Shown here: piece by piece, positions 29,009 through 38,399 of the stretch | How the letters are laid out: the number at the start of each line of letters is the position of its first letter | Position numbering within the stretch: position 1 is the first letter of the stretch | DNA from: an uncultured Faecalimonas sp. | Lineage (GTDB): Bacteria; Bacillota; Clostridia; Lachnospirales; Lachnospiraceae | Assembly: GCA_964385995.1 (NCBI GenBank) | Contig: CAYLRF010000004.1 | Coordinates: 1 to 53,949 of the forward strand | Direction of reading: 5' to 3' | DNA length: 53,949 nt | Position numbers and translations under genes: made by a program | Notes under the pieces: generated by a model | What the model saw: only the letters and a program-made list of their open reading frames with translations | The model's database searches: none | Told to the model about the DNA's origin: nothing

Positions 29009-29016
29009 GGCTTCGC

Positions 29017-29041
29017 CTCAAAAAATAAAGGACTTAAGGCC
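29017..29041 (-). terminator. Weak hairpin + T-run after tlyA
   Basis: Coding-strand read: AAGGCC-TTAA-GTCCTT followed by TATTTTTTG. The stem is short with one mismatch. Confidence 0.3.
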
Positions 29042-29074
29042 TTCAGAAGGTTTCGCGAAAAATCATGCGCACTG

Positions 29075-29932
29075 TCAGTGAAGTTTAGAAAAAGCCGTAC
29101 TTACGACTCCCGATACGTCAATACGTGATTTTCCGGGTATTTCCCGCCCCGCGGTCTCCCGGATTTCCCCCGCGGCCTCGACTTTTTTATTCTCTCCTCC
29201 TACAGGTTTTTTAAGCCTTAGAAGATACTCGATGTTCCCTTCAGGTCCTTTTATGGGAGAGTATGTGAGATCCGACGGATAAAATCCGATATTTTCGGCA
29301 AAATCAATGATTTTTTCTATGACCCGCGCATGGATGGCTCCGTCACGCACGACGCCCTTACTTCCCACTTCTTCCCTTCCGGCCTCGAACTGGGGTTTTA
29401 TGAGAACGACCGCTTGAGCGCCTTCCTTAAGGATATCGCGGATGGGCATAAGCGCAAGCGTAAGAGAAATAAACGACAGATCCGCCGTGGCAAAATCGAC
29501 GGGCTCGCCTATCATTTGAGGCGTCACATGGCGGATATTGGTCTTTTCCATGCAGACGACGCGTTCGTCCAAGCGAAGCGTCCATGAAAGCTGCCCTTTC
29601 CCAACGTCTATCGCGTAGACTTTTTTCGCGCCGCTTTTAAGCATACAGTCCGTAAATCCCCCCGTGGACGCCCCCGCGTCGGCGCAGATAAGACCGTTAA
29701 GGTCGATATCAAAACACTTCAGGGCTTTCTCCAGCTTCACTCCTCCCCTGCTCACGTAAGGGATCGCGTGACCTTTTACTTCTATCCTTACGTCATCCGC
29801 GAATTTTGAGCCCGGTTTATCCTCTTTTTGTCCGTTTACGTAGACTCTTCCTTCCCAGATATCGGCCCTTGCTCTCTGTCCGGATGAGGCAAGTCCCCTT
29901 TTTACCAAAAGCGCGTCCAGCCGCTCCTTCAT
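29075..29932 (-). CDS. tlyA: TlyA-family rRNA 2'-O-methyltransferase (hemolysin A-like)
   Basis: 285 aa. S4 domain, then VSRGGVKLEKAL and DAGASTGGFTDC. Has a charged C-terminal extension. Confidence 0.9.
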   Translation of the reverse strand: MKERLDALLVKRGLASSGQRARADIWEGRVYVNGQKEDKPGSKFADDVRIEVKGHAIPYVSRGGVKLEKALKCFDIDLNGLICADAGASTGGFTDCMLKSGAKKVYAIDVGKGQLSWTLRLDERVVCMEKTNIRHVTPQMIGEPVDFATADLSFISLTLALMPIRDILKEGAQAVVLIKPQFEAGREEVGSKGVVRDGAIHARVIEKIIDFAENIGFYPSDLTYSPIKGPEGNIEYLLRLKKPVGGENKKVEAAGEIRETAGREIPGKSRIDVSGVVSTAFSKLH

Positions 29933-29938
29933 GGCATG

Positions 29939-31810
29939 TTATTTCCTCAAACTTTCATACGCCTCTTTTGCCTTTTTCGCTATGCCCGCAGCGTCAAGGC
30001 CGAGCGCATGGCGAAGCGTTTTAATGTCGCCGTGAGTTACGTATTCATCGTCGATCGCGCATACGACAGTCACGACGTCAGGCTTTTTAACCGCCGCGTA
30101 TGAAAGTACCTTCTCGCCGAAGCCGCCTGATTTTATGCCTTCCTCCACCGTCACGACGAGCCTGTGGCAGAGCAATATTTTATCAATCGTCTCCGTGTCG
30201 ATGGGCTTTGCGAAACGGGCGTTTATAAGACTTACGCGAAAGCCCGCCTCCTTTAATATCTCCCTTGCCTTCGCCGCCTCGCACATCATATGCCCGAAGG
30301 AAAAAATGGCTATGTCTCCTTCCTCGTATATGACTTCGCTCTTTTTGAACACGATGGGAGTTCGAAATTCCTTCATGCCGTCGAAGGCCTCCCCTTTCGG
30401 ATATCGGATGGCGACAGGACTGTTTAAGTTCACGGCGAACCTTACCATGTCCGCGAGCTCCCACTTATTCTTCGGGGAGAGTACAGTCATATTCGGGATG
30501 TGGCTTAGGTAAGCGATGTCGAACGCGCCCTGATGCGTCTCCCCGTCGTTTCCGACAAGACCCGCTCTGTCCACGGCAAAGATGACGGGGAGATTTTGCA
30601 TACAGACATCGTGCAGGATCTGATCGTAGGCCCTTTGCAAAAACGACGAGTATACGGCGACCACGGGCTTTAATCCCGACGCCGCAAGTCCCGCCGCGAA
30701 AGTCACCGCGTGTCCCTCCGCTATGCCGACGTCAAAGAACCTCTCCGGAAATTTCTTTTGAAAATACGATAGTCCCGTGCCGTCTTTCATGGCGGCGGTG
30801 ACGGCCACGAGGCGGGGCTCATCCCTCGCTATCCTGCATATGATCTTGCCGAAGACGTCCGTATACGTATCCTTTGTCTTTACGGTAAGAGGCTTACCCG
30901 TCTGAATGTCAAAGGGCTCCACGGCGTGAAAAGCCGCCGGGTCCTTCTCGGCCGGCTCGTAACCTTTTCCCTTTTTCGTCATCACATGCACTATGACCGC
31001 GTGCTTTACTTTTTGCGCTTCCTTTAAGGTGCGCGTAAGTTTTTTGATGTCGTGTCCGTCCACGGGTCCCAGGTAAGTGATACCCATATCCTCGAAAAAC
31101 ATTCCCGGCAAAAAGAGCTGTTTTATGCTGTTTTTCGTCTTTCTGAGACCGGAGATGATATTTTCCCCGACTCCGGGGATTTTCTTTAAACTGTTCTCGG
31201 CGCCTTTTTTTAAGTCGTTGTACAGATACGATGTCCTTATGCTGTTAAAATAATTGGAAATACCTCCGACATTTTCGGAAATTGACATGTTGTTGTCATT
31301 AAGTATAATGACGAAATTTGAATTTAAGTGAGCGGCGTTATTAAGAGCCTCATATGTCATTCCGCCGGTAAAAGAGCCGTCTCCTATGACCGCGGCCACC
31401 CGGTAATTTTCACCCGTGATTTCCCCCGCTTTCACGAAGCCGATCCCCGCGGAGACGGAGGTACTGCTGTGACCGGTGTCAAATACATCCAGCGGGCTCT
31501 CCCTTCGTTTCGGAAATCCGCTCATACCGCCGTAAGTTCGAAGCGAGTCAAAACCGTCTTTTCTGCCCGTCAGGATCTTATGAGTATAAGACTGGTGCCC
31601 CACGTCCCAGATGATCTTATCCGCCGGAAACGTATAAGCCAGATGAATGGCCATCGTAAGTTCCACGACGCCCAGATTCGACGCCAGATGACCGCCTGTG
31701 CGGCTCACCTTCTCTATGATAAAAGCGCGTATCTCCTTTGCGAGCGCGTCAAGTTCATCCTCGCCGATATTTTTTATGTCGTTTACTTCGTTAATGCGAT
31801 CAAGTATCAT
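29939..31810 (-). CDS. dxs: 1-deoxy-D-xylulose-5-phosphate synthase
   Basis: GHSSTS and IGDGSFTGGMTYEALNNA. Start at ATG 31810 (AAGAGG 6-7 nt upstream). The longer track ORF would overlap ispA. Confidence 0.95.
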   Translation of the reverse strand: MILDRINEVNDIKNIGEDELDALAKEIRAFIIEKVSRTGGHLASNLGVVELTMAIHLAYTFPADKIIWDVGHQSYTHKILTGRKDGFDSLRTYGGMSGFPKRRESPLDVFDTGHSSTSVSAGIGFVKAGEITGENYRVAAVIGDGSFTGGMTYEALNNAAHLNSNFVIILNDNNMSISENVGGISNYFNSIRTSYLYNDLKKGAENSLKKIPGVGENIISGLRKTKNSIKQLFLPGMFFEDMGITYLGPVDGHDIKKLTRTLKEAQKVKHAVIVHVMTKKGKGYEPAEKDPAAFHAVEPFDIQTGKPLTVKTKDTYTDVFGKIICRIARDEPRLVAVTAAMKDGTGLSYFQKKFPERFFDVGIAEGHAVTFAAGLAASGLKPVVAVYSSFLQRAYDQILHDVCMQNLPVIFAVDRAGLVGNDGETHQGAFDIAYLSHIPNMTVLSPKNKWELADMVRFAVNLNSPVAIRYPKGEAFDGMKEFRTPIVFKKSEVIYEEGDIAIFSFGHMMCEAAKAREILKEAGFRVSLINARFAKPIDTETIDKILLCHRLVVTVEEGIKSGGFGEKVLSYAAVKKPDVVTVVCAIDDEYVTHGDIKTLRHALGLDAAGIAKKAKEAYESLRK

Positions 31811-31865
31811 CTGACGCCTCTTTTTAAGGTTTTCATCCCGCGGGATTAAAAAATACCGCGATGAA

Positions 31866-32771
31866 CTATCTGCTTCTGGTAACAAGGCTTTCTGTAAGCC
31901 ATTTTAAAAATCCGCATTCGCGTCCGAGACCGCTAAGCGTCTCCTTCGCCTCGTTCGTAAGCTGCGTCACATAATTTTCAGCCGCGTCCGCGCCGAATAA
32001 CGTGGCGTAGGTAGTCTTGCCGTTTTTCATGTCGCTGCCGGCGGGTTTGCCGAGCGTCTCAGTGCTTGCCGTAACGTCCAGGATGTCGTCTCTTATCTGG
32101 AAGGCGATCCCGATCTTTTCGGCAGCGGATTCGACCTTTCCCACATCTTCTCCCGAGGCGCCCGCGAGCACTGCGCCCGTCATCATGGAGGCCTCTATAA
32201 GAGCCGCTGTCTTATGTTCATGAATAAAATCCACCTGCGTCTTGGTAAGCTCTTGTCCGGTATTCATGACGTCCACGGCCTGTCCGCCTATCATGCCGTA
32301 AATGCCGGCCTTTCGGGAGATGATGTTTATCGCGGCGCCGATCTTTACCGCGTCGTCGGGATAAAGCGAAAAGGCGGATGACATCGTCTCGAAAGCGTAA
32401 TTTAAAAGCGCGTCGCCGGCTAAAATCCCGAGAGCCTCCCCGTATACGGCGTGAGTGGTAAGCTTTCCCCTGCGATACATGTCGTCATCCATAGCCGGCA
32501 GATCGTCGTGCACCAGCGAATATGTGTGTATCATCTCGACAGCGGCCATGAAAGGAAACACGATCTCACCTTTTCCGCCGAACATATCATAGACTTCTCC
32601 CATAAGCAGGGGGCGCAGCCTTTTACCGCCCGCCGTGACGGCATACCTCATGGCCTCTATGATACGCGCCTGCGAGCCTTTCGCCTCTGGAAGGTGATTT
32701 TCGATTATGATTTCAGCCTTCCGGGTCTTTTCCTCAAGCTGTTTTCGGTAGATTTCATCATCATTTCCCAT
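31866..32771 (-). CDS. ispA: Polyprenyl (farnesyl/geranylgeranyl) diphosphate synthase
   Basis: First Asp-rich motif HDDLPAMDDD and second FQIRDDILD. Start at ATG 32771 preferred. Confidence 0.9.
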   Translation of the reverse strand: MGNDDEIYRKQLEEKTRKAEIIIENHLPEAKGSQARIIEAMRYAVTAGGKRLRPLLMGEVYDMFGGKGEIVFPFMAAVEMIHTYSLVHDDLPAMDDDMYRRGKLTTHAVYGEALGILAGDALLNYAFETMSSAFSLYPDDAVKIGAAINIISRKAGIYGMIGGQAVDVMNTGQELTKTQVDFIHEHKTAALIEASMMTGAVLAGASGEDVGKVESAAEKIGIAFQIRDDILDVTASTETLGKPAGSDMKNGKTTYATLFGADAAENYVTQLTNEAKETLSGLGRECGFLKWLTESLVTRSR

Positions 32772-32872
32772 AGATTTTTTAACTCCGCCGCCTGTTTTAA
32801 GCCTGCCGGTTCGCCAAAACGCGCTATAAGACCTCAAGGATGCGTCTTAAACCGCCGCGCGTGATTCGCCTC

Positions 32873-33175
32873 TCACACAGATTCCCCGTCCGAGGTCTTT
32901 TCATCCGCAAGATCCGCCGCAAAAGAATCAGAGTCCAATATCTCGATCTGATTTTCGATCTTCTCGACCTTCCCGTCGCAGATCGTAACGAGCTTCATGC
33001 CCTTACGGTAGAGCGCGAATGACTCCTCCAGTGAGACGTCGCCGTTTTCCAGTTTGTCCGCCACATCGTCGAGCTCATTTAATAACTCTTCTATCGAAAG
33101 CTCATTCATCCGCTCATCCGCGTCCGGCGTTTCATCCCCGGACAGTTTATTTAATTTCTCTTTATCGGCCGTCAT
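32873..33175 (-). CDS. xseB: Exodeoxyribonuclease VII small subunit
   Basis: 100 aa. LSIEELLNELDDVADKLENGDVSLEESFALYRKGMKL matches the XseB helix-hairpin. Has an N-terminal acidic extension. Confidence 0.88.
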   Translation of the reverse strand: MTADKEKLNKLSGDETPDADERMNELSIEELLNELDDVADKLENGDVSLEESFALYRKGMKLVTICDGKVEKIENQIEILDSDSFAADLADEKTSDGESV

Positions 33176-33226
33176 ACTCTCCTCTTTTCCGACACGCCAT
33201 AGTATATTGTTGCTTCCCGCGTCATG
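33176..33226 (-). repeat. Family-1 variant: hairpin B with expanded loop + SD, abutting xseB
   Basis: Coding-strand read: ATGACGCG-(22 nt)-CGTGTC-GGAAAAGAGGAGAGT-ATG. The stem is 6 bp including one G.U pair. Confidence 0.5.
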
Positions 33227-33311
33227 ATGTTATCCCGGCAAAACCTTTGACCCTGAAAATGCCCTCATGCAGGTGAGATAACCGGCTCGCTTGACTTCCC
33301 CCGGCTTAACC

Positions 33312-34529
33312 TTAGCCCGCGGAAGCCGTCTTTATAACCTTCGCCAGAACCGCGCCGTCTGTCACGAAAATATTTATCTCATCATCCTTTTTCAAATCTT
33401 TTATGCTTTTTACGGTCTTTCCGTTCGCGTCCGTCACATACGAAAATCCCTGCTTTAACTTCGTATGCGGAGAAAGCGCCGCAAGCTGCCGGGCCGCATA
33501 CTCGAGGCGTCGGTTTGCATCACGAAGTTTGCGGTACATCTCGCCGTATACGCGGCTTTTTAAATCCGCGACTTTAATCTCAAGTAACTTCACCCTGAAT
33601 TTCGGGCTCAACCGTGAGATTTTAAGTCTCTGACGCTCCGATCTGTCACGGACGGCCTGTAAGATCCGCCTCATGCTTCTCTTCAGCGAATATTCGATCG
33701 CGCCGAGCTCGTCGGCGAAATCCCGATACTCAAATACCGTAAGCTCCGCGGCCGCCGACGGAGTGGGTGCCCTTTTATCCGCCACAAAATCAGCTATCGT
33801 GGTATCGGTCTCATGACCCACGGCCGAGATGACGGGAGTCTTGCATGAGAAAATCGCGCGCGCCACGATCTCCTCATTAAACGCCCACAGATCTTCCATG
33901 GAGCCGCCGCCCCTTCCGACTATGATCACGTCCACACCGTAATCATCCAGGACTTTTATTCCCCGCGCTATACTCCTCGCGGCCCCGTCTCCCTGCACGA
34001 GCGCGGGACAGAGAATAATCTTCACGAACGGGTTTCTGCGGCGCGAAATATTTATGATATCCTGTATGGCCGCCCCCGTAGCCGCGGTGACGACACCGAC
34101 GCGGGTAGCGTATTTCGGAACGGGCATTTTGTATTCATCCGAAAACATGCCCATTTCTTCAAGAGAAGCCTTTAAGCGCTCGAATCTCTCGTATAAAATT
34201 CCGGATCCGCCAAGCTTAATCTCATCGACGATGAGCTCATATTTCCCGCTTTTTTCGTAAACGCTTACGTCTCCTGTCGCGACTATTTGCTGTCCGTCCT
34301 TCAGTCTGAAATCAAGCCCCGCTCTCTTACCGCGAAACATGACGCACGCGATACTCCCGGACTCATCCTTAAGTGAGAAATAGACGTGCCCGGAAGTATG
34401 ATATTTACAGTTTGAGACTTCTCCCCCTACTTTAACGTGACTTAAATGGGGATCGCTTTCAAGAAGAACTCGGATATGGGAGTTGACCCATGAGACTGTG
34501 CGGATTTCGGAATTTGTTTCGTCATTCAT
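33312..34529 (-). CDS. xseA: Exodeoxyribonuclease VII large subunit
   Basis: OB-fold N-terminus, catalytic core (GRGGGSMEDLWAFN), coiled-coil tail. The ATG at 34529 forms an ATGA overlap with the nusB stop. The track start at 34541 is GTG. Confidence 0.93.
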   Translation of the reverse strand: MNDETNSEIRTVSWVNSHIRVLLESDPHLSHVKVGGEVSNCKYHTSGHVYFSLKDESGSIACVMFRGKRAGLDFRLKDGQQIVATGDVSVYEKSGKYELIVDEIKLGGSGILYERFERLKASLEEMGMFSDEYKMPVPKYATRVGVVTAATGAAIQDIINISRRRNPFVKIILCPALVQGDGAARSIARGIKVLDDYGVDVIIVGRGGGSMEDLWAFNEEIVARAIFSCKTPVISAVGHETDTTIADFVADKRAPTPSAAAELTVFEYRDFADELGAIEYSLKRSMRRILQAVRDRSERQRLKISRLSPKFRVKLLEIKVADLKSRVYGEMYRKLRDANRRLEYAARQLAALSPHTKLKQGFSYVTDANGKTVKSIKDLKKDDEINIFVTDGAVLAKVIKTASAG

Positions 34530-34954
34530 GGCATACAACACTCGGCCTTTGCTCTTAAGTCCTCCACCTTCGCGAGGACGCCGTTTACAAACGAGGGACT
34601 TTGTCCGCCGCTGTATTTTTTCGCGAGCTCCACGGCTTCGTTGATGGCCGCCTTATCAGGCACGCGCTCATCCCACATGATCTCATAGGTGGCAAGGCGC
34701 AGGATGGTAAGGTCAACGGTATTCATGCGCTCTGTTCTCCATCCCGTGGTGACGTCGTTTAAGATCTTATCTATCTCGCCGAGCCTCGCCGCTATCTCGC
34801 GATAATGTTCCCTGATAAATCGTGCGTCACCTTCATCCGCGTCTTCGGGAAGATCAAGCGGCATCTCTTCCTGACGCTTCATTTCTTCCTCGTTGTTAAA
34901 AATAACGCGGTAAAGGAGTTTAAAAACCTGCTCCCTGAGTGCGGATCTCGTCAT
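34526..34954 (-). CDS. nusB: Transcription antitermination factor NusB
   Basis: REQVFKLLYRV... and AINEAVELAKKY. Start at ATG 34954 with GGGAGG 5-6 nt upstream. Confidence 0.9.
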   Translation of the reverse strand: MTRSALREQVFKLLYRVIFNNEEEMKRQEEMPLDLPEDADEGDARFIREHYREIAARLGEIDKILNDVTTGWRTERMNTVDLTILRLATYEIMWDERVPDKAAINEAVELAKKYSGGQSPSFVNGVLAKVEDLRAKAECCMP

Positions 34955-35003
34955 ATCATCCTCCCTGCGACCGCGAAGTGCGCGCGGGCGCGGCTTTTCG
35001 GTC

Positions 35004-35032
35004 ATTATACTACACGCGGATATTTCACGCAA
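35004..35032 (-). promoter_or_regulatory. Candidate sigma-A promoter for nusB operon
   Basis: Coding-strand read: TTGCGT, 17-nt spacer, TATAAT. It lies about 50 nt upstream of the nusB ATG. Confidence 0.45.
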
Positions 35033-35202
35033 ACGACGTCAGAGACCGGTATGTGTCAAGTAATCGTCGGCACTTCTCTTGTTTCCGTTACAATGATGTC
35101 TGTGTGAAAAGTGATATCACTAAGCTTATGCTCTTGCCTTGACACCATCGCGTAAATTTCGATCCAGGTCTTGGGGCAATCTCATAAGTTTCGGTTCCCG
35201 CC

Positions 35203-36111
35203 TCAGTCCAATTTCCGAAATATCGGTTTTCGATCCTTAAAAACCGTATAATACGAAAAGCCGCACTCTTTAAGGGTCCCTGCCGCGACATCGAATTTGT
35301 ACGCCACATCGTTCGGCGTATGCGCGTCCGAACCGACCGTAACTATCTCACCGCCAAGTTGCCTGTAACGCTTTAAGATATCGGCGTGCGGATGAACATA
35401 CGAAAGCCCGTGGCTTAAGGAAGCCGTGTTTACTTCTATCCCCCTGCCGGTTTGGATAAGAGTTTTTAATATCGTATCGACAAGATCCCACGCGCCCGCG
35501 ATCGCGGCGGCCGACATATCCGACGTATCGCCAAAAATCGCGGCGGACGGCTTCATCTTTTCGGGATAAGGCGTATCGGCGCCGCGCCCCGTGTCCGCGG
35601 ACTGAAGGAGACTTTCCCTGCCGTAGCGTGCCACATAGTCGATATGCCCCAGCACGTCAAAATCGTCAAAGCTTCGCACACCCTTTAACATTTCCTCAAA
35701 GTAAAGTCCGTATGCCTCTTTAAGGCTCCTTTTTTCAAAGAGGTAGCCGTAATACGGATCCTCCCCCATTACCGTATGCACCGAGCCTATTATAAAATCA
35801 AAGGGATATTTCGCCGCGTATTCGCCTAAGGAAGCGTCAAATCGCGGCAAAAGTCCGATTTCAATGCCGATACCGATATCGATCCTCTCTTTATATTTTT
35901 CCCGCAGACGCGTAAGAGTGCGCACATAGGCGTCCGTGTCGGGCACAAACGGCAGATCGCCGTCATGCGTCACGTAATCCTTATCCATATGCTCCGTAAA
36001 ACAGATCTCGCGAAGATCGCGCCCGAGCGCGGCTTTTATGATCTTTTCCGGCTTCGCGTCGGAATCGGAGGAAAATTCACTGTGGATATGAAAGTCGGAA
36101 CGGATGGGCAT
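35203..36111 (-). CDS. hisK: Histidinol-phosphatase, PHP (HisJ/HisK) family
   Basis: 302 aa. N-terminal DFHIHSEFSSDS, later CFTEHMD and GSDAH, typical PHP-family metal ligands. Confidence 0.85.
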   Translation of the reverse strand: MPIRSDFHIHSEFSSDSDAKPEKIIKAALGRDLREICFTEHMDKDYVTHDGDLPFVPDTDAYVRTLTRLREKYKERIDIGIGIEIGLLPRFDASLGEYAAKYPFDFIIGSVHTVMGEDPYYGYLFEKRSLKEAYGLYFEEMLKGVRSFDDFDVLGHIDYVARYGRESLLQSADTGRGADTPYPEKMKPSAAIFGDTSDMSAAAIAGAWDLVDTILKTLIQTGRGIEVNTASLSHGLSYVHPHADILKRYRQLGGEIVTVGSDAHTPNDVAYKFDVAAGTLKECGFSYYTVFKDRKPIFRKLD

Positions 36112-36130
36112 CGGTCAGTCATCCTTAAAG

Positions 36131-36159
36131 AAAATGGCGGTGACAAACGTCCCCGCCAC
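36131..36159 (-). terminator. Rho-independent terminator after the TM2-domain gene
   Basis: Coding-strand read: TGGCGG-G-GAC-GTTT-GTC-A-CCGCCA followed by TTTT. Confidence 0.6.
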
Positions 36160-36216
36160 GTTGATAACAGCTGTACTCTATGATTTAATGATATCAGACA
36201 GAATAATCAAAAGCCG

Positions 36217-36612
36217 TCACTCTTTTAAAGGATTGCCATTCGCGTCCTCATTAATCTTGCCGCAGAGGATAAGAATACCCTCGATCAGCCCCCAGATAGA
36301 ACCGATACCGCAGCTTAAGAGAGTAAGAACGATCTGGATAACGGCCCTTCCCGTATAGCCGAGATAAAAATTGTGAATGCCGAGGCCGCCGAGGAAAATG
36401 CCGAGAAGCCCCGCCGCCAACTTCGATTTCTGAGTAGCGGGATCAAAAGACGGCGTGAGCGCGACCCCGCAGTTTAAGCAAACGGAGGCTCCTGGCTGAA
36501 CCTGCGCCCCGCAATTCGGACAATAGGACATGCCCGTTCCTTTGGCCGCTCCGCAGCTTACGCATACGGCAGCGTTGTCATTCATCTGGTTCCCACAGTT
36601 TCTACAATACAT
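36217..36612 (-). CDS. Zinc-ribbon + TM2-domain membrane protein
   Basis: 131 aa. Two CxxC...CxxC ribbons (YCRNCGN..CVSCG, YCPNCG..CLNCG), then a TM2-like hydrophobic hairpin (GLLGIFLGGLGIHNFYLGY). Confidence 0.75.
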   Translation of the reverse strand: MYCRNCGNQMNDNAAVCVSCGAAKGTGMSYCPNCGAQVQPGASVCLNCGVALTPSFDPATQKSKLAAGLLGIFLGGLGIHNFYLGYTGRAVIQIVLTLLSCGIGSIWGLIEGILILCGKINEDANGNPLKE

Positions 36613-36658
36613 CCTCTTAAAGTCTCCTCTCCTTAAATCACCTTACTCCTCTTAAACG

Positions 36659-36862
36659 TTACGCCGATACCTGAGCGCAAATCCTTTCAACCAACGAATC
36701 GGGATCAAGCCCGTGCACGAAAGCCGCCTCCTCGAGTGTCTCCGCCTGAGACGCCGGGCATCCGAGGCAGTGCATCCCGACCTCCATGAGTACGGGCGCC
36801 GTCTCCGGAGCACTCTCAAGAAGCTCTCCTATCGTAGTGTCCTTGGTGATATTTAAAGCCAT
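36659..36862 (-). CDS. DUF1858 / hybrid-cluster-protein-associated redox disulfide domain protein
   Basis: [16 protein letters not shown]...[18 protein letters not shown]. Start at ATG 36862 with GGAGG 8 nt upstream. Confidence 0.8.
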   Translation of the reverse strand: MALNITKDTTIGELLESAPETAPVLMEVGMHCLGCPASQAETLEEAAFVHGLDPDSLVERICAQVSA

Positions 36863-36948
36863 GAAAAACACCTCCTGTCGTGTTGATACGAAACATTGAA
36901 AATCGCGGTTTGTCCGCGGCGCCGCGCGCCCGGGAAAACCTTAGGGTG

Positions 36949-36978
36949 ATTATAATATTACACGGGCGTTTTTTTCAA
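36949..36978 (-). promoter_or_regulatory. Candidate sigma-A promoter for the DUF1858 gene
   Basis: Coding-strand read: TTGAAA, 18-nt spacer, TATAAT. Confidence 0.5.
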
Positions 36979-37082
36979 CTGTTTTTTTCGTTTCTCTATT
37001 TAAAGAGCCGCCGCGTTAATCGTCAAAGTAAGCGCACCCTCCGCTTACTCTGACCATGCTTGCATTTACCTTGACGATTGAC

Positions 37083-38399
37083 CTAAAGCGCCGCCGTCAC
37101 GAATATGTCGTAGATCGCCTTGATTGCGCGTTCAAAATCGCTGTTTTTGACGCCGATCACGATATTAAGCTCGCTTGACCCCTGATCTATCATTTTCACG
37201 TTCACGTGAGCGTGCGCGAGAGCGGAAAATACCCTGCCGGAGGTGCCGCGCTTTTCCCTCATTCCGCGGCCCACGACGGCGATAAGAGCGAGCTCCGTCT
37301 CAAGCTCCACGGCATCGGGATGAACCGCCTGATGTATGCCCGCTATCAGGGACTGCTCGTGCTTTTCAAGCTCCCGCTGATGGACAAAGACCGACATGGT
37401 GTCGATCCCGGAGGGCATATGCTCGATGGAAATCCCGTTCTCCTCAAACACCTGAAGAACCCTGCGGCAAAAGCCTATCTCGGAATTCATCATGGCTTTT
37501 TCTATCGTGACAGCCGCGAATCCCTGCTTTCCCGCTATCCCGGTGACAGTATATCTGGGCTTTCGGCACGTCGCCTCCACTATGAGCGTTCCCTCGTCTA
37601 ATGGCGCGTTGGTATTTAATATGTGGATGGGTATGCCTTCTTTCCTTATGGGGAATATGGCGTCCTCATGAAGGACCGAGGCTCCCATGTAGGACAGTTC
37701 GCGAAGCTCCTTATACGTTATGACATCTATCACCTCGGGATTTTCGACTATCCCGGGATCCGCTATGAGAAAGCCGGAGACGTCTGTCCAGTTTTCATAA
37801 ATGTCCGCCTTCGCGGCTCTGGCGACGATGGAACCCGTAAGGTCCGACCCCCCGCGTGAAAAAGTCTTTATTTTCCCGTCCGGCATGGAACCGTAAAACC
37901 CGGGGATGACGGCGTTTTTCGTTTCGGAAAGCCGCGCGGAAAGCACCTCGTTTGTCTTATCCGCGTCAAAGGCTCCCTTCTCATCGAAAAATATGACTTC
38001 TGCGGCGTCTATAAACAAAAACCCGGTATAAGCCGACATGATGATACCGTTAAGATACTCTCCTCTTGAAGCGGCGTAATCTTTTCCGAGACGGGGGATA
38101 TTCTCTCTTATCGTCCGAAATTCGCCGTCAAGCGAAAGGGAAAGCGAAAGGCCTTTGATGATGGCGTCGTATCTGGCCTTAATAGCCCCGAGAGGTTCCG
38201 ATATGTCCTTTCCTTCCGCCGCGAGATCGTAACACTCATACAGCATGTCCGTGACTTTCGCGTCGCCGTGAAATCTTCTTCCAGGCGCGGAGGGTACCAC
38301 GTATCTTCTCGTTTTATCCGCGTCTATGAGTTCCTTTGCCTTTTTAAACTGATTCGCGTCGGCAAGCGAGCTTCCGCCGAATTTTACCGTTTTTATCAT
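37083..38399 (-). CDS. lysC: Aspartate kinase
   Basis: 438 aa. MIKTVKFGGSSLADA, a kinase core and tandem C-terminal ACT domains. There is no obvious SD within 15 nt of the ATG. Confidence 0.92.
   Translation of the reverse strand: MIKTVKFGGSSLADANQFKKAKELIDADKTRRYVVPSAPGRRFHGDAKVTDMLYECYDLAAEGKDISEPLGAIKARYDAIIKGLSLSLSLDGEFRTIRENIPRLGKDYAASRGEYLNGIIMSAYTGFLFIDAAEVIFFDEKGAFDADKTNEVLSARLSETKNAVIPGFYGSMPDGKIKTFSRGGSDLTGSIVARAAKADIYENWTDVSGFLIADPGIVENPEVIDVITYKELRELSYMGASVLHEDAIFPIRKEGIPIHILNTNAPLDEGTLIVEATCRKPRYTVTGIAGKQGFAAVTIEKAMMNSEIGFCRRVLQVFEENGISIEHMPSGIDTMSVFVHQRELEKHEQSLIAGIHQAVHPDAVELETELALIAVVGRGMREKRGTSGRVFSALAHAHVNVKMIDQGSSELNIVIGVKNSDFERAIKAIYDIFVTAAL

Noticed and set aside
35101-35125. 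Rex operator (TTGTGAA-N6-TTCACAA-like) at TGTGAAAAGTGATATCAC
   Set aside because: Only the left half-site matches. The right half does not align with TTCACAA at the required spacing.
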